DNA of 15,268 nucleotides from a virus: UHGV virus genome UHGV-0136483; one strand, 5' to 3'. Shown piece by piece: positions 14,206 to 15,268 of this stretch (position 1 is its first letter; each line of letters starts with the position of its first letter). The notes under the pieces were generated by a model. It saw only the letters and a program-made list of their open reading frames with translations, ran no database searches and was not told where the DNA came from. The position numbers and the translations under genes were made by a program.

Positions 14206-14856
14206 TTATGGAAGGTTTGCTAGTTTTGCATCGACAACTACGCCGATGATTTTGCAGTTTCCGTTGATCTCGATCATCGGATATTGTGGGTTAAGTGGTT
14301 TTAGAAACTTCCTGCCTGCATCAATAACTAACTTCTTGAAAGTTGCCTCGTTTTCTCCTTCGAGCTTTGCAACTACCAGTTTCCCGTTACGCGGCTCTAC
14401 TTCAGGATCGACGAGTATTATCATTCCTTCAGGGATACTGAGACCGGCCGGAGCCGTCATTGAGTCTCCCTTCACGTCCAACCAAAACGAATCTTCTGAA
14501 CAGTCTACGGTTGTATCGTACCAGTTATCTATTGCACGCTTATGATATGGTTCTACAGCTTCCATCCAGCATCCTGCGCTCACCCAGCTAATCAGAGGGT
14601 ATGACCCTCTTGGATCATGCCTACTGTGATAGGCAATGTTTGAAAGACTTTCCTCTCCTTTCATCAGATAGTCAGGGGAACACTTCAACGCATTAGCCAG
14701 GGCGAGAAGATTCTCTCCATTTGGCTCTGTCTCAGAGCGTTCCCACTGAGATATGGCAACATTAGACACGCCGACCATCTTTCCAAGTGCGGCCTGCCTG
14801 ATCTTGAGTTCTTTTCTCCGAGCGCGAATGCGCTCTCCCATCAATTGAGTTTTCAT
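14206..14856 (-). CDS. c2: Prophage repressor, P22 C2-type (CI/LexA-like, N-terminal HTH + C-terminal S24 autopeptidase), 216 aa
   Basis: MKTQLMGERIRARRKELKIRQAALGKMVGVSNVAISQWERSETEPNGENLLALANAL... with a C-terminal ...LDVKGDSMTAPAG...GKLVVAKL... domain; near-identical to my recollection of P22 C2. There is no SD before the ATG, consistent with a PRM-type leaderless transcript. Confidence 0.95.
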   Translation of the reverse strand: MKTQLMGERIRARRKELKIRQAALGKMVGVSNVAISQWERSETEPNGENLLALANALKCSPDYLMKGEESLSNIAYHSRHDPRGSYPLISWVSAGCWMEAVEPYHKRAIDNWYDTTVDCSEDSFWLDVKGDSMTAPAGLSIPEGMIILVDPEVEPRNGKLVVAKLEGENEATFKKLVIDAGRKFLKPLNPQYPMIEINGNCKIIGVVVDAKLANLP

Positions 14857-14922
14857 AGTTAAGACATCTTAAATAAACTTGACTTAAGATTCCTTTAGTG
14901 GATAATTTAAGTGTTCTTTAAT
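14857..14922. promoter_or_regulatory. OR region: three 18-bp P22-type operators (OR3 14857-14874, OR2 14882-14899, OR1 14905-14922) overlapping divergent PRM and PR
   Basis: Operators agttaagacatcttaaat, acttaagattcctttagt and atttaagtgttctttaat all fit ANTNAAG-N4-CTTNANT. Candidate PR: -35 ttgact (14879-14884), 16-nt spacer, -10 gataat (14901-14906), upstream of cro. Confidence 0.75.
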
Positions 14923-14936
14923 TTCGGAGCGAGTCT

Positions 14937-15122
14937 ATGTACAAGAAAGATGTTATCGACCACTTCGGAACCCAGCGTGCTGTAGCTAAAGCGTTAGGCA
15001 TTAGCGACGCAGCAGTCTCTCAGTGGAAGGAAGTCATCCCAGAGAAAGACGCCTATCGACTGGAAGTCGTTACAGCTGGCGCCCTGAAGTATCAAGAAAG
15101 CGCTTACCGCAAAGCGGCATAA
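14937..15122 (+). CDS. cro: Cro repressor, P22 Cro-type, 61 aa
   Basis: MYKKDVIDHFGTQRAVAKALGISDAAVSQWKEVIPEKDAYRLEVVTAGALKYQESAYRKAA, near-identical to my recollection of P22 Cro. GGAG lies 7 nt upstream of the ATG. Confidence 0.95.
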   Translation: MYKKDVIDHFGTQRAVAKALGISDAAVSQWKEVIPEKDAYRLEVVTAGALKYQESAYRKAA

Positions 15123-15128
15123 GCAAAT

Positions 15129-15171
15129 TGCTCTTTAACAGTCATGGTCCTCATTCCCGCCGAAATGCGGG
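15129..15171 (+). promoter_or_regulatory. nutR: boxA (TGCTCTTTAACA, 15129-15140) and boxB hairpin (CCCGCC-GAAAT-GCGGG, 15156-15171)
   Basis: Same boxA core and identical boxB as nutL, located between cro and cII as in lambda. Confidence 0.6.
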
Positions 15172-15230
15172 AATACAACGCGCATAAGTTGATGCGCATA
15201 ACTTCTTATTTGTTAAGGAAATACTTACAT

Positions 15231-15268
15231 ATGGTTCGTGCAAACAAACGCAACGAGGCTCTAAGAAT
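15231..15268 (+). CDS. cII: cII-like transcriptional activator, 5-prime end only (runs off the window)
   Basis: ATG at 15231 preceded by AAGGAA; the first 12 codons, MVRANKRNEALR, are identical to the lambda CII N-terminus as I recall it. Confidence 0.85.
   Translation, partial: MVRANKRNEALR

Noticed and set aside
14159-14545. Plus-strand 128-aa ORF
   Set aside because: Antisense to the c2 repressor gene and running through its terminator; no support.
1-15268. CRISPR array or other short tandem spacer-repeat structure
   Set aside because: No regularly spaced direct repeats of 25-40 bp were seen anywhere; the only repetitive DNA is the coding low-complexity region at 11700-12250.

Overview
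The window looks like an Escherichia/Shigella-type chromosomal segment where an IS-scarred, low-GC cargo island meets the integration, early-left and immunity region of a mosaic lambdoid (P22/Sf6/KplE1-like) prophage. All calls come from reading the sequence and from remembered protein families; nothing was searched. Left to right: the right terminus of an IS3 element (1-52); a 5-prime-truncated, internally disrupted gene remnant with a strong terminator (53-998); an AT-rich spacer; a translationally coupled minus-strand operon encoding a SIR2-like (NADase-fold) protein and a DUF262/ParB-like protein (1778-3855); a decayed IS3-family remnant (about 4001-4447); a P4/IntS-family tyrosine integrase (4563-5753); a 16-nt tRNA-3-prime-end-like att core; a small excisionase (6017-6217); then a chain of mostly coupled early-left genes (DUF551-like, Ead/Ea22-like, SSB-like, Erf, Kil, CIII, a 322-aa charged coiled-coil protein, N); nutL, OL/pL, a P22-type c2 repressor, three OR operators, cro, nutR and the first codons of a lambda-like cII. 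No rRNA, complete tRNA gene or CRISPR array is visible. The standout is the SIR2-like + DUF262 pair, a candidate anti-phage system that I cannot match to a named two-gene system. Second is the unusual contiguous xis-att core-int arrangement, with two halves of a tRNA 3-prime region flanking xis.
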